Below, in pieces: positions 1-12,186 of a stretch of 64,000 bases of DNA; the first letter of the stretch is position 1, and every line of letters begins with the position of its first letter. This stretch comes from Octopus vulgaris (lineage: Eukaryota). The position numbers were made by a program, and so were the translations under genes. The notes beneath the pieces are model-generated. The model was not told the DNA's origin, searched no databases, and saw only the letters and a program-made list of their open reading frames with translations. The stretch is taken from contig OX597814.1 in assembly GCA_951406725.2 (NCBI GenBank), positions 185,070,001 through 185,134,000 of the forward strand. Direction: 5' to 3'.

Positions 1-14
1 ATTCCGCCGTCTTC

Positions 15-15
<1 letters not shown>

Positions 16-109
<94 letters not shown>

Positions 110-112
110 AAT

Positions 113-176
<64 letters not shown>

Positions 177-193
177 TTAATAATAATAATAAT
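16..193. repeat. Compound (AAT)n/(GAT)n microsatellite
   Basis: Trinucleotide runs seen directly; explains the poly-L/poly-S ORF 13..261. Confidence 0.95.
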
Positions 194-846
194 TGAACAT
201 TTCTTGAAATAGCAAAGAGAGTGTATTCTGTGGTGAAAATTTCAAAGCGAAAAGAAAACAAATTGGGAAAGAAGTATCGAGTGAGAAAGAGAGTCGGGAG
301 AGAAAGAGATAAAGGAAGTTACAGAGAGAAAGAATGGTTCTGATGACAGGTGGTCAACAAGAAAGCGTTAGAAAGTAAATATCATAGCAAAGTGTCTAAA
401 AAGAACAAAAACAGGGTAAAAGAGCCAGCACAGGCTGTTACATAGCTTTCAACAGAGCAGCGCCTTTAGAAGTAAAGCAATGATTTGGGTGTTGCAGTTT
501 TGGGGAAATAAATATTGTTTGAAGTGAGTCAAGAACTGAAAAGAAAGTATTAAGCAGGGCTCTGTGAGAGATAGATGTGGAATATAAATAAAAAGAAAAA
601 AATAAGGGACAAAAGAGTAAAAGAAGAATTATCTAGAATCTGTATGTGGAGAATGTAATTCATTAATTCAAACGTGTAATAGATATGACTGGGAATATCT
701 GAGGAAGGTAGGTTGAGGAAAATCGCAGAAGCCTAATGTGTTTGCGCCTAAGCGCACGTGGGCGTTGTACGTGTATGTGCGTGTGTATATGCATGAGTGT
801 AGATGTGTGTGCGCTGTGTGCGAATATATATATGTGTGTGTGTATG

Positions 847-898
<52 letters not shown>

Positions 899-899
<1 letters not shown>

Positions 900-1259
900 T
901 AGCAGTATCGCCCGGCGTTGCTCGGGTTTGTAAGGGAAATAACTATATAAGCATTTTTAGAGAGTTATAGCCAAAAAGTAGCAAAAAAATGCATTAAAAA
1001 TGGGAAAAAAATGACGGTAAATTTTTTTTAAATCGTTGATTCATCGTAGACATTTTTAGAGAGTTACTTCCCTTATATAATAGCGAAAAAATGCATTAAA
1101 ACGGAAAAAAATGATGGTAAATTTTTTTTAAATCGTAGACTCATCGTAGACTCATTCTAATACCCAGAAGGGCTCGATATGAATCACGACTATAAGATAC
1201 CCGGTTTTGGTTAAACTGCACCGCAGTTGACAGACACACAACTTCTCTTTTATATATAA

Positions 1260-1262
<3 letters not shown>
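899..1262 (-). mobile_element. Non-autonomous Helitron-like element (short form)
   Basis: Minus strand starts TC (TCTTTATATATAAAAG) and ends CCCGAGCAACGCCGGG hairpin + CGATACTG + CTAG, inserted A|T in (TA)n with no TSD. Homologous to 29161-29556, 42031-42426 and 50543-50936. Confidence 0.8.
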
Positions 1263-1303
<41 letters not shown>

Positions 1304-1350
1304 CTGTGTGTGTGTATGTGTGTGTATGTGTGTGTGTGTATATATATATA

Positions 1351-1535
1351 GGTGCAGGAGTGGCTGTGTGGTAAGTAGCTTGCCTACCAACCACATTGTT
1401 CCGGGTTCATTCCCACTGAGTGGCACCTTGGGCAAATGTCTTCTACAATACCCTCGGGCAGACCAAAGACTTGTGAGTGGATTTGGTAGACGGAAATTGA
1501 AAGAATCCCGTCGTATATATGTAAGTATATATATC

Positions 1536-1586
<51 letters not shown>

Positions 1587-1633
1587 CTGTGTTTGTCCTC
1601 CCAACATCGCTTCACAACCGATGCTGGTGTGTT
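1351..1633 (+). mobile_element. SINE family A (tRNA-derived, internal microsatellite), 3'-truncated
   Basis: A-box-like TGGCTGTGTGG, B-box-like GGTTCA, CORE-like CCTTGGGCAA, internal (TA)/(TG) tract; about 20 homologous copies or fragments in the window. Confidence 0.85.
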
Positions 1634-2014
1634 TCAGTCATTTGACTTTGGCGATGCTGGAGCACCGCCTTTAGTCGAGCAAATCAACCCCAGGACTTAT
1701 TCTTTGTATGCCCAGTACTTATTCTATCGGTCTCTTTTGCCGAACCGCTACGTTAAGGGAACGTAAACACGCCAGCATCGATTGTCAAGCGTTGTTGCTG
1801 GGACAATCACAGCCACACAAACACACACACACATACATATATACATATATACGACGGGCTTCTTTCAGTTTCCATCTGCCAGATCCACTCACAAGGCTTT
1901 GGTCGGCCCGAGGCTATAGTAGAAGACACTTGCCCAAGGTGCCATGCAGTGGGACTGAACCCGGAACCATGTGATTGGTAAGTAAGCTACTCACCACACA
2001 GCCACTCCTGCGCC
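1629..2014 (-). mobile_element. SINE family A, near full length
   Basis: Reverse complement of family A from the head (…CCACTCCTGCGCC) to the tail (GTTTCAGTCATTTGAC). Confidence 0.85.
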
Positions 2015-2074
2015 TATGTATGAGTAACTGCCAACTTTCCTCGGAATAACCTGCGCAGATCTGCATAAACATAA

Positions 2075-2308
2075 GGCGGTGAGCTGGCAGAAACATTAGT
2101 ACGCCGGGCGAAATTTTTAGCGGTATTTCGTCTGCCGTTACGTTCTGAGTTCAAATTCCGCCGAGGTCGACTTTGCCTTTCATCCTTTCGGGGTCAATTT
2201 AATAAGTGCCAGTTACGCACGGGGGTCAATATAATCGACTTAATCTGTTTGTCTGTCCTTGTTTGTCCTCTCTGTGTTTAGCCCCTTGTGGGTAGTAAAG
2301 AAATAGGT
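2075..2308 (+). mobile_element. SINE family B
   Basis: GGCGGTGAGCTGGCAGAA head, B-box GAGTTCAAATTC, central GCCTTTCATCCTTTCGGGGTC, tail CCCCTTGTGGGTAGTAAAGAAATA; imperfect ~14-bp TSD (TCTGCATAAACATA / TCTGCTCAAACATA). Confidence 0.85.
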
Positions 2309-2454
2309 CTGCTCAAACATATACAGATTCGATCAATCCTTAATTGATCAAATAGATTGAAGGTGTAGTAATTACGTTATTGATTTTAAGATATAATGAA
2401 TTTCGGACAACATTATCCAATTAGGTGTTCTTCCTGTTCTTAATAAAGGCGAAA

Positions 2455-2963
2455 TTTGAGGGACATTTTTACTGTTATTTCTGCTATAAAAACGACTATA
2501 TCAGAGCAACTCTGGTGAGTTCACGATTAATCAACCTGAGGTGAGGAAGATATGGCTTCTATTTCCAGCAGATTGAGAGTCCTCAGTGTGCTGCTGTTAC
2601 TGACCAGTGAAACACAGTTGGACATTTTGAGGGACATTTTTACTGTTATTTCTGCTATAAAAACGACTATATCAGAACAACTCTGGTGAGTTCACGATTA
2701 ATCAACCTGAGGTGAGGAAGATATGGCTTCTATTTCCAGCAGATTGAGAGTCCTCAGTGTGCTGCTGTTACTGACCAGTGAAACACAGTTGGACATTTTG
2801 AGGGACATTTTTACTGTTATTTCTGCTATCAAAACGACTATATCAGAACAACTCTAGTGAGTTCACGATTAATCAGCCTGAGGTGAGGAAGATATGGCTT
2901 CTATTTCCAGCAGATTGAGAGTCCTCAGTGTGCTGCTGTTACTGACCAGTGAAACACAGTTGG
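2455..2963. repeat. Tandem array, 3 x 171 bp near-identical units
   Basis: GAGGGACATT recurs at 2458, 2629 and 2800 (period 171); units differ by a few substitutions. Confidence 0.95.
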
Positions 2964-3450
2964 GATACAGATTCTATCCGCACATTACATTAATCATTAA
3001 CATTCACCGCCAGGTGGATACCTTACTTGACTGACTAAATTGTCATTCCACAATGATAATATATAAGAATTTATGTATGTGTTAAGTGTATATGTGTGTG
3101 TGAGCGTATGTATGAGTATATACGTATCTGTTTGTATATATGCAAATTAGAACGTATTTGGACAGATACGTGTGTATATATGTATGGCTGTCATGTTTAT
3201 TTGTATACATCTCTGCGTATATCTTGTTTACATATATGAATGCGCGTGTGTATTCTGTGTGTGTATATATGTGCGCACGTGTAATTACATATAAGTATAC
3301 TCAACTAATTGGGAAACTATGAGATAAGATATAACCGCAAAGGATATCGGCATATACAAATTGGTCAGACTCCCCTTTCTTGTCTAAATATTTACTGACA
3401 ATCCCAAATATATAGCTGTGTGCATGTATATATATTTATATATATATATA

Positions 3451-3524
<74 letters not shown>

Positions 3525-3831
3525 TGTGTGTGTATGACTATGTGTATGTATGTGTATGTATGTGTATTAGTGTGTTTGCGTGTGAAAATTTATGTATGTA
3601 TATATATATATGTGTGTGTGTTTGTGTGTGTGTGTATGTGTGTATGTGTATACGCACAAATCTCGGTTTGAACAGAAGTGAGTATATGTGTTTGAGGTGT
3701 TTGTTGTAACGTCTGTGTATTTCCACTGACTTCATTTGTAAATATTCGAGTATAATAGTAACTCAATCATATATTACGTACATACATACCACACATACAT
3801 ACATACATACATACATACATACATACATACA

Positions 3832-3865
<34 letters not shown>

Positions 3866-3883
3866 CATATATGCATACATACA

Positions 3884-4805
3884 TTTTTTATGGCTGCCCC
3901 CTCGTTATCGAGTATGACCATTGTACGAAGCTTAACTGTTACTGGTGCTGTGATCGAATGTGACTTTTTAGCCCAGCCAAATATCTACAATGTCTTGTAC
4001 AAAATTGGCAACTAAAACCTTTACCAGTAATAGCCGGCTGTAGTTGTAACTGGGCTTCATGTACCTTTGCATGTCGTTTAAGTCCTCCTGCCGAATTACA
4101 CTCTCTTCCACATGCCCGACAGATATGATTAGTATGGTGTGTTACATCACCACCAGTGGCCAGGTTGTCACTCATCTGTCTCGTTTTATGACTACGAAGA
4201 TGACTCATGAGTCCAGCTTTACTGAGGCAGGGTCTTGCACAGACACTGCATGTCAGAATCAAAGGAAGACGCTTCCCTTCTGGAAGTGTAACAGCGATGC
4301 CCTTCCTGACATCCCTCCTTACCTTCTCATGTGCAACTCGAGATTTCTCAAACGTGGCTGTCCCCTCATACACAATCCTTCTCCACCTGCTACGATCAAT
4401 AGCTATGCCTTCCCATGTGTCAGGAGAGATGCAAGCATCTCTTAAGGAAGCCTTCAGCAAGTCCTTATACCTCTTTTTTGGTTTATGTGGAGGTCGTTCT
4501 CCTTTGGCTAACTCTCCATAAAAGAGTTGTTTTGGCATCCTTGAATCCTTCATTCTGACCAGATGACCACTCCATCTGAGCCTTTTCTTTAACACAAGAG
4601 CTTTTATACTTTCACACCGAGAGCCTTCGAGTCTTTCAAGATCACTGATGCGGTCCTTCCACTTTAATGCTATAGATCCGTCTGAGGCACATCTGATGGA
4701 AACGTTCCAGTTGTTTAAGGTGGTATCGATATATGACCCACGTCTCGCAGCAGGCATGCCTTGTACACCTTTATCTTTGTCTTTCTGCATATGTCTCACA
4801 TACAC
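3884..4805 (-). mobile_element. 5'-truncated RTE-clade LINE; ORF C-terminus with three C2H2 zinc fingers
   Basis: ORF 3939..4805 has LRWSGHLVRM..RMPKQLFYGEL..G.R...PKKRYKD..W...A.DRSRWR, typical of the RTE post-RT region. Shifted frames upstream give KTKIKVYKAC / CETWVIYRYHLKQLERFHQMCLRRI. Short 3' UTR with CTCG-ATAA-CGAG hairpin, then (ATGT)n. Confidence 0.9.
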
Positions 4806-5236
4806 TATTAAGGAATCAAATGAATCATGTACTTAAATGATAGGCACCAAGCTGGGTCGAATTAACTTGTAAACAGCACTTTTAGTCGAATAAATATCAT
4901 AGGTACCAAAAGAAATCCAGTAAAATATTCAGGTTATATATACAGTATACAGAGAATTTAACCCTTATGAGTATTTTAATGACCTAAGGGCTAATCCAAA
5001 CGTATACGTTGTTTTGGTCGTACGGTATTTGGTATACTTCAGAAAACTCGACGGGTCGGGATTCTAGTGAGATGTATTTTGAACAAATAAATAACAAACG
5101 ATGTATACGCGTCACTTCATTACAGATGTTTCCAACTTATTTCTATAATAGATTAATGAGTACTTTACCTGGAATCAGGTTTGGCTCGCCCACTGGGGTA
5201 AAATGTAGTTCTTATATTCTCTGAAATATTGTTTAT

Positions 5237-5320
5237 CATCTGAAGAAAGCGGGTTTGTTTTGGTTATGATGTAATGTAGTCATTAATCTATTAAAAAATC
5301 TGTTGGAAGCAGCTATAATG
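5237..5320 (+). ncRNA. Decayed type-I hammerhead-like motif
   Basis: CAT-CTGAAGA-A-AGCGGGTTT…AAATCTGTT-G-GAAGCAGCTATA-ATG; the GAAACAGCTGTA segment carries two substitutions. Confidence 0.4.
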
Positions 5321-5356
5321 AATTAACTCGTAACCATCGTTTGTTATATATTTGTA

Positions 5357-5579
5357 TATATATATAGTTATAAATATAATTAAGGGTTTAGTAACAAGTT
5401 GCTTCACAGAAAGAGCAGCCAAAGACAGCTAAATCTTTTAACTACAAGTATGAATCCACTGTGAAGTCATATTTGTAGTTAAAAGAATTAGCTGTCTTTG
5501 GCTGGTATTTCTAAATTTTGGGTATGTGGTGAAGCAACTTGTTGCTAAACCCTTAATTATATTTATAATTATATATATA
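5357..5579. repeat. Fold-back (long imperfect palindrome) element
   Basis: Outer arms ATAAATATAATTAAGGGTTTAGTAACAAGTTGCTTCAC / GTGAAGCAACTTGTTGCTAAACCCTTAATTATATTTAT; inner arms CAGCCAAAGACAGCT… / …AGCTGTCTTTGGCTG. Confidence 0.9.
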
Positions 5580-5694
5580 AAAAAAAAACTTTTTGTATAA
5601 GTTTTTACCGATAGTGGTTTTTTCCATACCGAAACTACTTAGTAAAATTTATTAATTATTAAATTAATAATTATTTACCCTATATCTGTAATGA

Positions 5695-5753
<59 letters not shown>

Positions 5754-6250
5754 TATCGAAACAAAGTGAGATTATTAAGAGATTTGTAACCCAGGCGAAA
5801 TACTTCTTAAGCTCTCGGTAGATAAAGATGCACCAGGCTTATACAAATGTCTTGTGATCCGTCTTGCTCTCCCAGTAATCCAAATCAAAGTCCATCACCA
5901 CTGAAGTTTATAAATCCATGGTCTCAAAATCCAGTTTATTTGGTATGTTTTTACAGACTGATGTACAAAATAAACAGAAATAACGGGTTATATACATATA
6001 TTTATTTATTTATTATAATTTAAGCTGATTCAGATATGTTTGGGTGCGTTCATGGTTTCATCTCATTAATCAATCGGTTGAGCAACTAAAAATATAGTGA
6101 ACCAACAGCCCAAGTCTATCTTCCTCAGAGCGGAGATAAATTCGGGCCGCTGGTTCCCAATATTTTCAGTCTTTCAATCTATTTATTGACAAGACTGAGG
6201 TATGAACACACCTAAACGTATATCTGAAACATTTGTAAACCTGTAATTTC

Positions 6251-6618
6251 TCTATATATATAGCTGAAGTTGTCTGTGTATGACAGGTTTGGTAGCCTTC
6301 AACTAACACTATTTCCTCCGAGACCCTGCGGCACAAGTTGACCAAAATTGAAAGTATGATAGAAGAAGGCTGGCTCTTTCTTCCGTAGAAGAAAAATTCA
6401 AATCGGACCATGTTAACACAAAAATAATTTACATCAAAAAGGTGCTTTTTTTTTTACGAGTTTTTGACTGCTGTGTCACCATTTTTCGGTGTATTTCAAC
6501 CAGAAAAATGTTCACTTAAAGAGAATAACAAGCTACATAATGCAAAATTTTTACTTTTCAAAAATTCCAATTCTAAAGGGTTGAAACAAACCCGAGCAAC
6601 GCCAGGCGATACTACTAG
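6251..6618 (+). mobile_element. Non-autonomous Helitron-like element, second subfamily
   Basis: 5' TCTATATATATAGCTGAAGTTGT and 3' CCCGAGCAACGCCAGGCGATACTACTAG|T; termini match the other Helitrons but the interior differs. Confidence 0.7.
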
Positions 6619-7126
6619 TAAATAGCAATCATTCATGTCTATGTGTATTTGTGTGAGTTTGTGTGTGTGTGTGTGTGTTCGTTATTCGCGACAGAAGCAT
6701 TATTAGTTCAAAATAGCAATCTGAGTTCAATACTTAAGGAGGGCAAAGCGTTAAAAGCCTTATATACTGAGGCATTCGTTTGGCGAGAGCATTTCTTATA
6801 GATCCATTCGTGTTAGAAAGCAGAGAATTATAGGAGATGAAAACCATTCGGCAATGGTGGTGACATGGCAGAAAATGTAAATTTGCCGCTTTGGCCTTCG
6901 TCAGAAGCTAATATCCACTGGCATCTGCATCTGAGTTTTAAAATTTTACTGATAGGATTATATCTGTTTGCAGAAACCCATGATCGAATTAGCTCCCGTC
7001 CGTAAGCAACCCACGTATCTGTTGCTATAAGATGTTGCCCTCATGCAGGGTCCCTCCCCTGTCATTGATTCGTTGTTTTTTCATATTTCATATTTTTCAT
7101 TTGTTTATATCTCTCTTTCTCTTTCA

Positions 7127-7299
7127 TTCTTTTACTTGTTTCAATCGTTAGACACCGGCCATGCTGGAGCACCACCTTTAGTCGAGTAAATCGACCCAGG
7201 TCTTATTCTATCGGTCTCTTTGGCCGAACAGCTAAGTTACGGAGACGTAAACACGCCAGCACAGGTTGTCAAGTGATGTGGCTAGGGGACAAACTCCAG

Positions 7300-7387
<88 letters not shown>

Positions 7388-7551
7388 GTATATATACGAC
7401 GGGCTTCTTTCAGTTTCCGTCTACCAAACCCACTCACAAGGCTTTGGTCGGCCCGGGGCTATAGTAGAAGACACTTGCCCAAGTGCCACGCAGTAGGACT
7501 GAACCCGGAACCATGTGGTTGGTAAGCAAGCTACTTACCACGCAGCCACTC
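7127..7551 (-). mobile_element. SINE family A, full length
   Basis: Homology to other family A copies, including the internal (CA)/(TA) tract. Confidence 0.85.
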
Positions 7552-7613
7552 CATTTATTGCTGCTGCTGCTGCGGATAATGCTGTCGCTGCTACTGCTGC
7601 TGCTGCCACTACA

Positions 7614-7703
<90 letters not shown>

Positions 7704-7952
7704 CATACCACAGCTGCTGCTACTGTTGCTGCTAAGAGCCCTATGATGTGTATGAATTTGCTTCTGGGAAATTTTGATTTCCCAGTGATGATAATAGTGG
7801 AGACAGTTGGTGTAGATAAGGATCAAAGGTGATAATAAAAGGGGAGTTCATTTCATATTGGTATTCTTTACCGAAGTGACTTTTAAAGACTACATAATTA
7901 GGTTTCTGTTGATACGGGAGAGGGGATATATGTCTTTTGCCGTTGTTTTATC

Positions 7953-8107
<155 letters not shown>

Positions 8108-8263
8108 TACGTACCGTTTTCTTTTGTCCTTTTCGATAATTATGTAGATGTTACTGTCCAAATTTCTAGTTCCAGTAGAAAATTATGTAAATATATGAGT
8201 ACATATTTGCAAATATATGTGGATGATAATTCTGTGTGCAACATGTAAGTGTTTGTGCGTATA

Positions 8264-8326
<63 letters not shown>

Positions 8327-8630
8327 GTGTGTGTGTGTGTATTCATATACACACATATACATATAAATGTTCATATGTGTATATATATATACACATACAT
8401 ACATACATATGTATACACGCACAAATATATACAAACTGATGTTGTGTATGGTGTATAAATATATTGGCACGGATATATTTATATGTGTACATATATATAT
8501 ATATATGTGTATATATGTGTGTATGTATTTCTGTGTTTCAGTATGCAACAAGATAGATATATACACATGTATATGTGTATTCATAAATATATATATTTAC
8601 ATACATACTGACACATACATACACATGTAA

Positions 8631-8683
<53 letters not shown>

Positions 8684-9347
8684 TACATTAGTGTATAAGT
8701 GCCTGTGTATATTAATATTATTTCTCTTATATCTCGGAGCATCGGTGTAAATCCAATCAATAATGTATGTATATATGTACGTATGTCTATATATATATGT
8801 ATATGTCAGTGTGTGTGTGTTTGTATGTCTATACATATATGTATATGTCTGTGTGTGTATGTATATATGTATAAGAATGTATAGAAATAATTAGTCACCA
8901 AAGTATCTATTTGTAAGAGCTTGTGTACATGAGCATTTTGCTAGTCTATACCTATCAATCGATTTGTCAGTCTATCATTAGTATCATCAAAATCCATTAT
9001 TCAAACCCTACATCAGATAACCAACCATTGTATTTATTACATACTACTGACCTTTGAAGAATTTTTTTTTGCCTTCGATTATAATATATAATGACAGGTG
9101 CAAAACCTTATTAACCCTAAACCTATCCCATTTAGTTTCATAGGTTCAAAGAATCATTGATATTTATTAGCATAGTTTGAGAGTTGAAAATGTATACTTC
9201 ACTTGTTAAAATCCCTTCCACTTTCGAAGTTTACTTATGAATATGTGTCAGGGGCTCACTGTATGTGTGTCGCACATAAAAGTGTGTATGGTAGGTATAT
9301 GTACACGCACACACACATACATATAGTGATAAATATAAGTCCAAGTT

Positions 9348-9499
9348 GTGGCTCTGTGGTAAGAAGCTCGCTTTCCAACCACATGGTTCCGGGTTCAGTC
9401 CCAATGCGTGGGCACTGAACTCAAGTGTCTTCTACTATAGCCTCGGGCCGACTAAAGCCTTGTGAGTGGAATTGGCAGGCGGAAACTGAAAGAAGCTTG

Positions 9500-9549
<50 letters not shown>

Positions 9550-9815
9550 TCTTGTACTCTGTTTTTTTCGTTTAGGTCCGTTTCCACGTTTGTTTTTACG
9601 TTTTCGTTTCTCGTTGAGTTCTACGTCTATTTGTGGTGTCCTGTACTCACGTATATATATTTATATATGCATGTATATATGCATGTAGATGTAGGTACGT
9701 ACATACGTATGTATGTATGCATATATTTTATTTATTACACTATTGTATGACTGAGCGCCCTCGCGTCGATTCGATTCATTTTCGTTTCGTTTCATCTCCT
9801 CCAAGTAAGTTTTGT

Positions 9816-9846
<31 letters not shown>

Positions 9847-9911
9847 TAATACAATTATTTGTTTGTATTCCACCTGCCTTCGTCTTTTGTTTATTTTCAT
9901 AAAGCTTCCCG

Positions 9912-9974
<63 letters not shown>

Positions 9975-10135
9975 TATATGCATCATTTATAGATATGTAC
10001 ATGTATGCATGTATGGATTTATTTATTTGTGTCTGTGTTTGTCTCCCACCATCGCTTGACAACCAATGTTGGTGTGTTTACGTCCCTGTAACTTAGCAGT
10101 TCGGTAAAAGCGACCGATAGAATAAGCACTAGGCA
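9348..10135 (+). mobile_element. SINE family A split by insertions in its internal microsatellite
   Basis: 5' half 9348-9503 and continuation 10025-10135; between them are (TA)n tracts and fragments related to 22.8k/54k and 19.4k. Confidence 0.7.
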
Positions 10136-10478
10136 CTGTATCTCGACGGCACACCTAAGATTCTATCAAAGAGTTGAGTGTCCATGTCTAAGCACGTATC
10201 TATGTATGATTTTTCTGTGAGTTTTATTAAGTTTTCCTTGAGAGAGTACAAGCCGTTTGTGTATTAGTGTCCCCCCCCAACATCGCTTGGCAACCGATGG
10301 TGGTGTGTTTACGTCCCCGTAAGTTCCCAGTTTTAGGGTATTTTTTAAAGTTGTTGAATTTGCGTGTTGGATGAACTGTCGATGCTTACACCCATATGTA
10401 TGCATCTATTCACATGAGAATCTCAGATAGAAAATTTTTGGTATGTTTTACGAATCTTCACTGTGTCACTAGTCGATT

Positions 10479-10786
10479 GTATGCATGTATGTATGTATGT
10501 ATGTATGTATGTATGTATGTAGGTAGGTAGGTATGTAGGTAGGTAGGTAGGTAGGTAGGTAAGTAGGTAGGTATGTAGGTAGGTAGATAGGTAGGTAGGT
10601 AGGTAGGTAGGAAGGTAGGTAGGTAGGTAGGTAGGTAGATATGTAGGTAGGTAGGTAGGTAGGTAGGTAGGTAGGTAGGTAGGTAGGTAGGTAGGTAGGT
10701 AGGTAGGTAGGTAGGTAGGTAGGTAGGTAGGTAGGTAGGTAGGTAGGTAGATATGTAGGTAGGTAGGTAGGTAGGTAGGTAGGTAT
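10479..10786. repeat. (TATG)n/(TAGG)n tetranucleotide microsatellite
   Basis: Seen directly; source of the PTYL ORFs. Confidence 0.95.
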
Positions 10787-10884
10787 GGAGATAGGCATGG
10801 AGATAGGCGAGTAGAAATATATATAGGTAGGTAAGCAAACAGGAAGGCAGGCAGGTACTTCGATAGAAATACTTACGCATGGTA

Positions 10885-11279
10885 GGAGTGGCTGTGTGGT
10901 ATGTAGCTTGCTTACCAATCACATGGTTCCGGGTTCAGTCCCACTGTCTTCTCCTATAGCCTCGGACCGACCAAAGCCTTGGATTTGGTTGACGGAGACT
11001 GAAAAAAGCCCGTCGTATATATGTATATTTATATATATGTGTGTGTATATGTCTGTGTGTCTGTGTTTGTCCCCCCCCCCCAACATCGCTTGACAACCGA
11101 TGCTGGTGTGTTTACGTCCCGTAATTTAGCGTTTCGGCAAAAGAGACCGATAGAATAAGTACTAGGCTTACAAAGAATAAGTCCTGGGGGGTCGATTTGC
11201 TCGACTAAAGGCGGTGCTCCAGCATGGCCACAGTCATAAGACAGAAACAAGTAGAAGAGAGAGAAAGTGTAAAAGAGTA
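10885..11279 (+). mobile_element. SINE family A
   Basis: Head to GGCGGTGCTCCAGCATGGCC…GAAACAAGTA tail, with small deletions. Confidence 0.85.
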
Positions 11280-11735
11280 TGAAGCTTTTTACTGATATAA
11301 ATACATTGAAGATGTCAATATCCATCCATCCTGTCCCAAATTATGGTCTCAGTAGTCGTGCTTCATTTGCATTTTAGATATCTTCTGTTTGTATACGAAA
11401 ATATCCAATACTTGTTACCATAATTTTTGGTCACTCTACTTGTGTTCACAATACTTTCATGAGACATGCATCCATCAATAACTATGTTGTTGTAGCATTT
11501 ATCGTGAGGAACAAGACAGGCAGAAGGACTATTGGCAGAAAAATATTCGATGTGGGAGGCACGTTTTCACGTTTTAAGCTAAAATGTATGAATATTTCAT
11601 ACATCTACGTTTTTTGCATCTACTGTAAAAGCCGTTCTTAACTGCAGCTGTTTCTCAACATTACAAATATCTTTGCATTGGCAAGAAAGAAATTATGAAT
11701 CATTTATGTGTTTCTTGCTGTTGTATACACCAATA

Positions 11736-11925
11736 CGAAGGGTGAAAAAAAGAGAATACTGGAGTTAATTATGATTTTATTCAACATATTCCCCTCTCAG
11801 ATTCGCACACTTATTGCAGCGGTCCTTCAGTTTTTGTAAGCCCAGTAAAAAGAACTCGGAAGGTTGGACCTCAAACCAGGCTTTCCGCGGCGCCCTTAAA
11901 GCCAGGAACTTTTCACCACCCAACC

Positions 11926-11927
<2 letters not shown>
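11736..11927 (-). mobile_element. Mariner-derived MITE, copy 1
   Basis: Minus strand reads WFEVQPSEFFLLGLQKLKDRCNKCANLRGEYVE*, a mariner transposase C-terminus; degenerate TIRs; TA context. Confidence 0.7.
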
Positions 11928-11967
<40 letters not shown>

Positions 11968-11968
11968 G

Positions 11969-12186
11969 CAAGGGGTTTCTGAAAATTTCCTGGTTCTGCG
12001 TAAAAGAAAATACAGGAGGATCATTTAATTATGATTTTATTCAGCATATTCCCCTCTAAGATTCACACACTTATTGCAGCGTTCCTTTAGTTTTTGTAAA
12101 CCCAGTAAAAAGAACTCGGAAAGTCGGGCCTCCAGCCTGGCCTTTCGCAACACCCTTAAAACAAGGCACTTTTCAGCACCTCCCCG
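11969..12186 (-). mobile_element. Mariner-derived MITE, copy 2
   Basis: Homolog of 11736-11927; TIRs CAAGGGGTTTCTGAAAATTTCCTGG / AAGGCACTTTTCAGCACCTCCCCG; separated from copy 1 by (TA)n. Confidence 0.7.

Noticed and set aside
200-730. Purine-rich stretch that might be an old antisense LINE
   Set aside because: No interpretable RT motif could be read.
2455-2963. CRISPR array or alpha-satellite
   Set aside because: Whole units repeat with no unique spacers, the context is eukaryotic, and only the length resembles alpha-satellite.
3939-4805. Host C2H2 zinc-finger gene
   Set aside because: Fingers are fused to RTE motifs, lack TGEKP linkers and are followed by a LINE-type tail; the ORF's first ~45 aa are out-of-frame RTE sequence.
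6045-6130. Minus-strand CUGAGGA…GAAAC hammerhead candidate
   Set aside because: No stem II pairing and no UH triplet after stem III.
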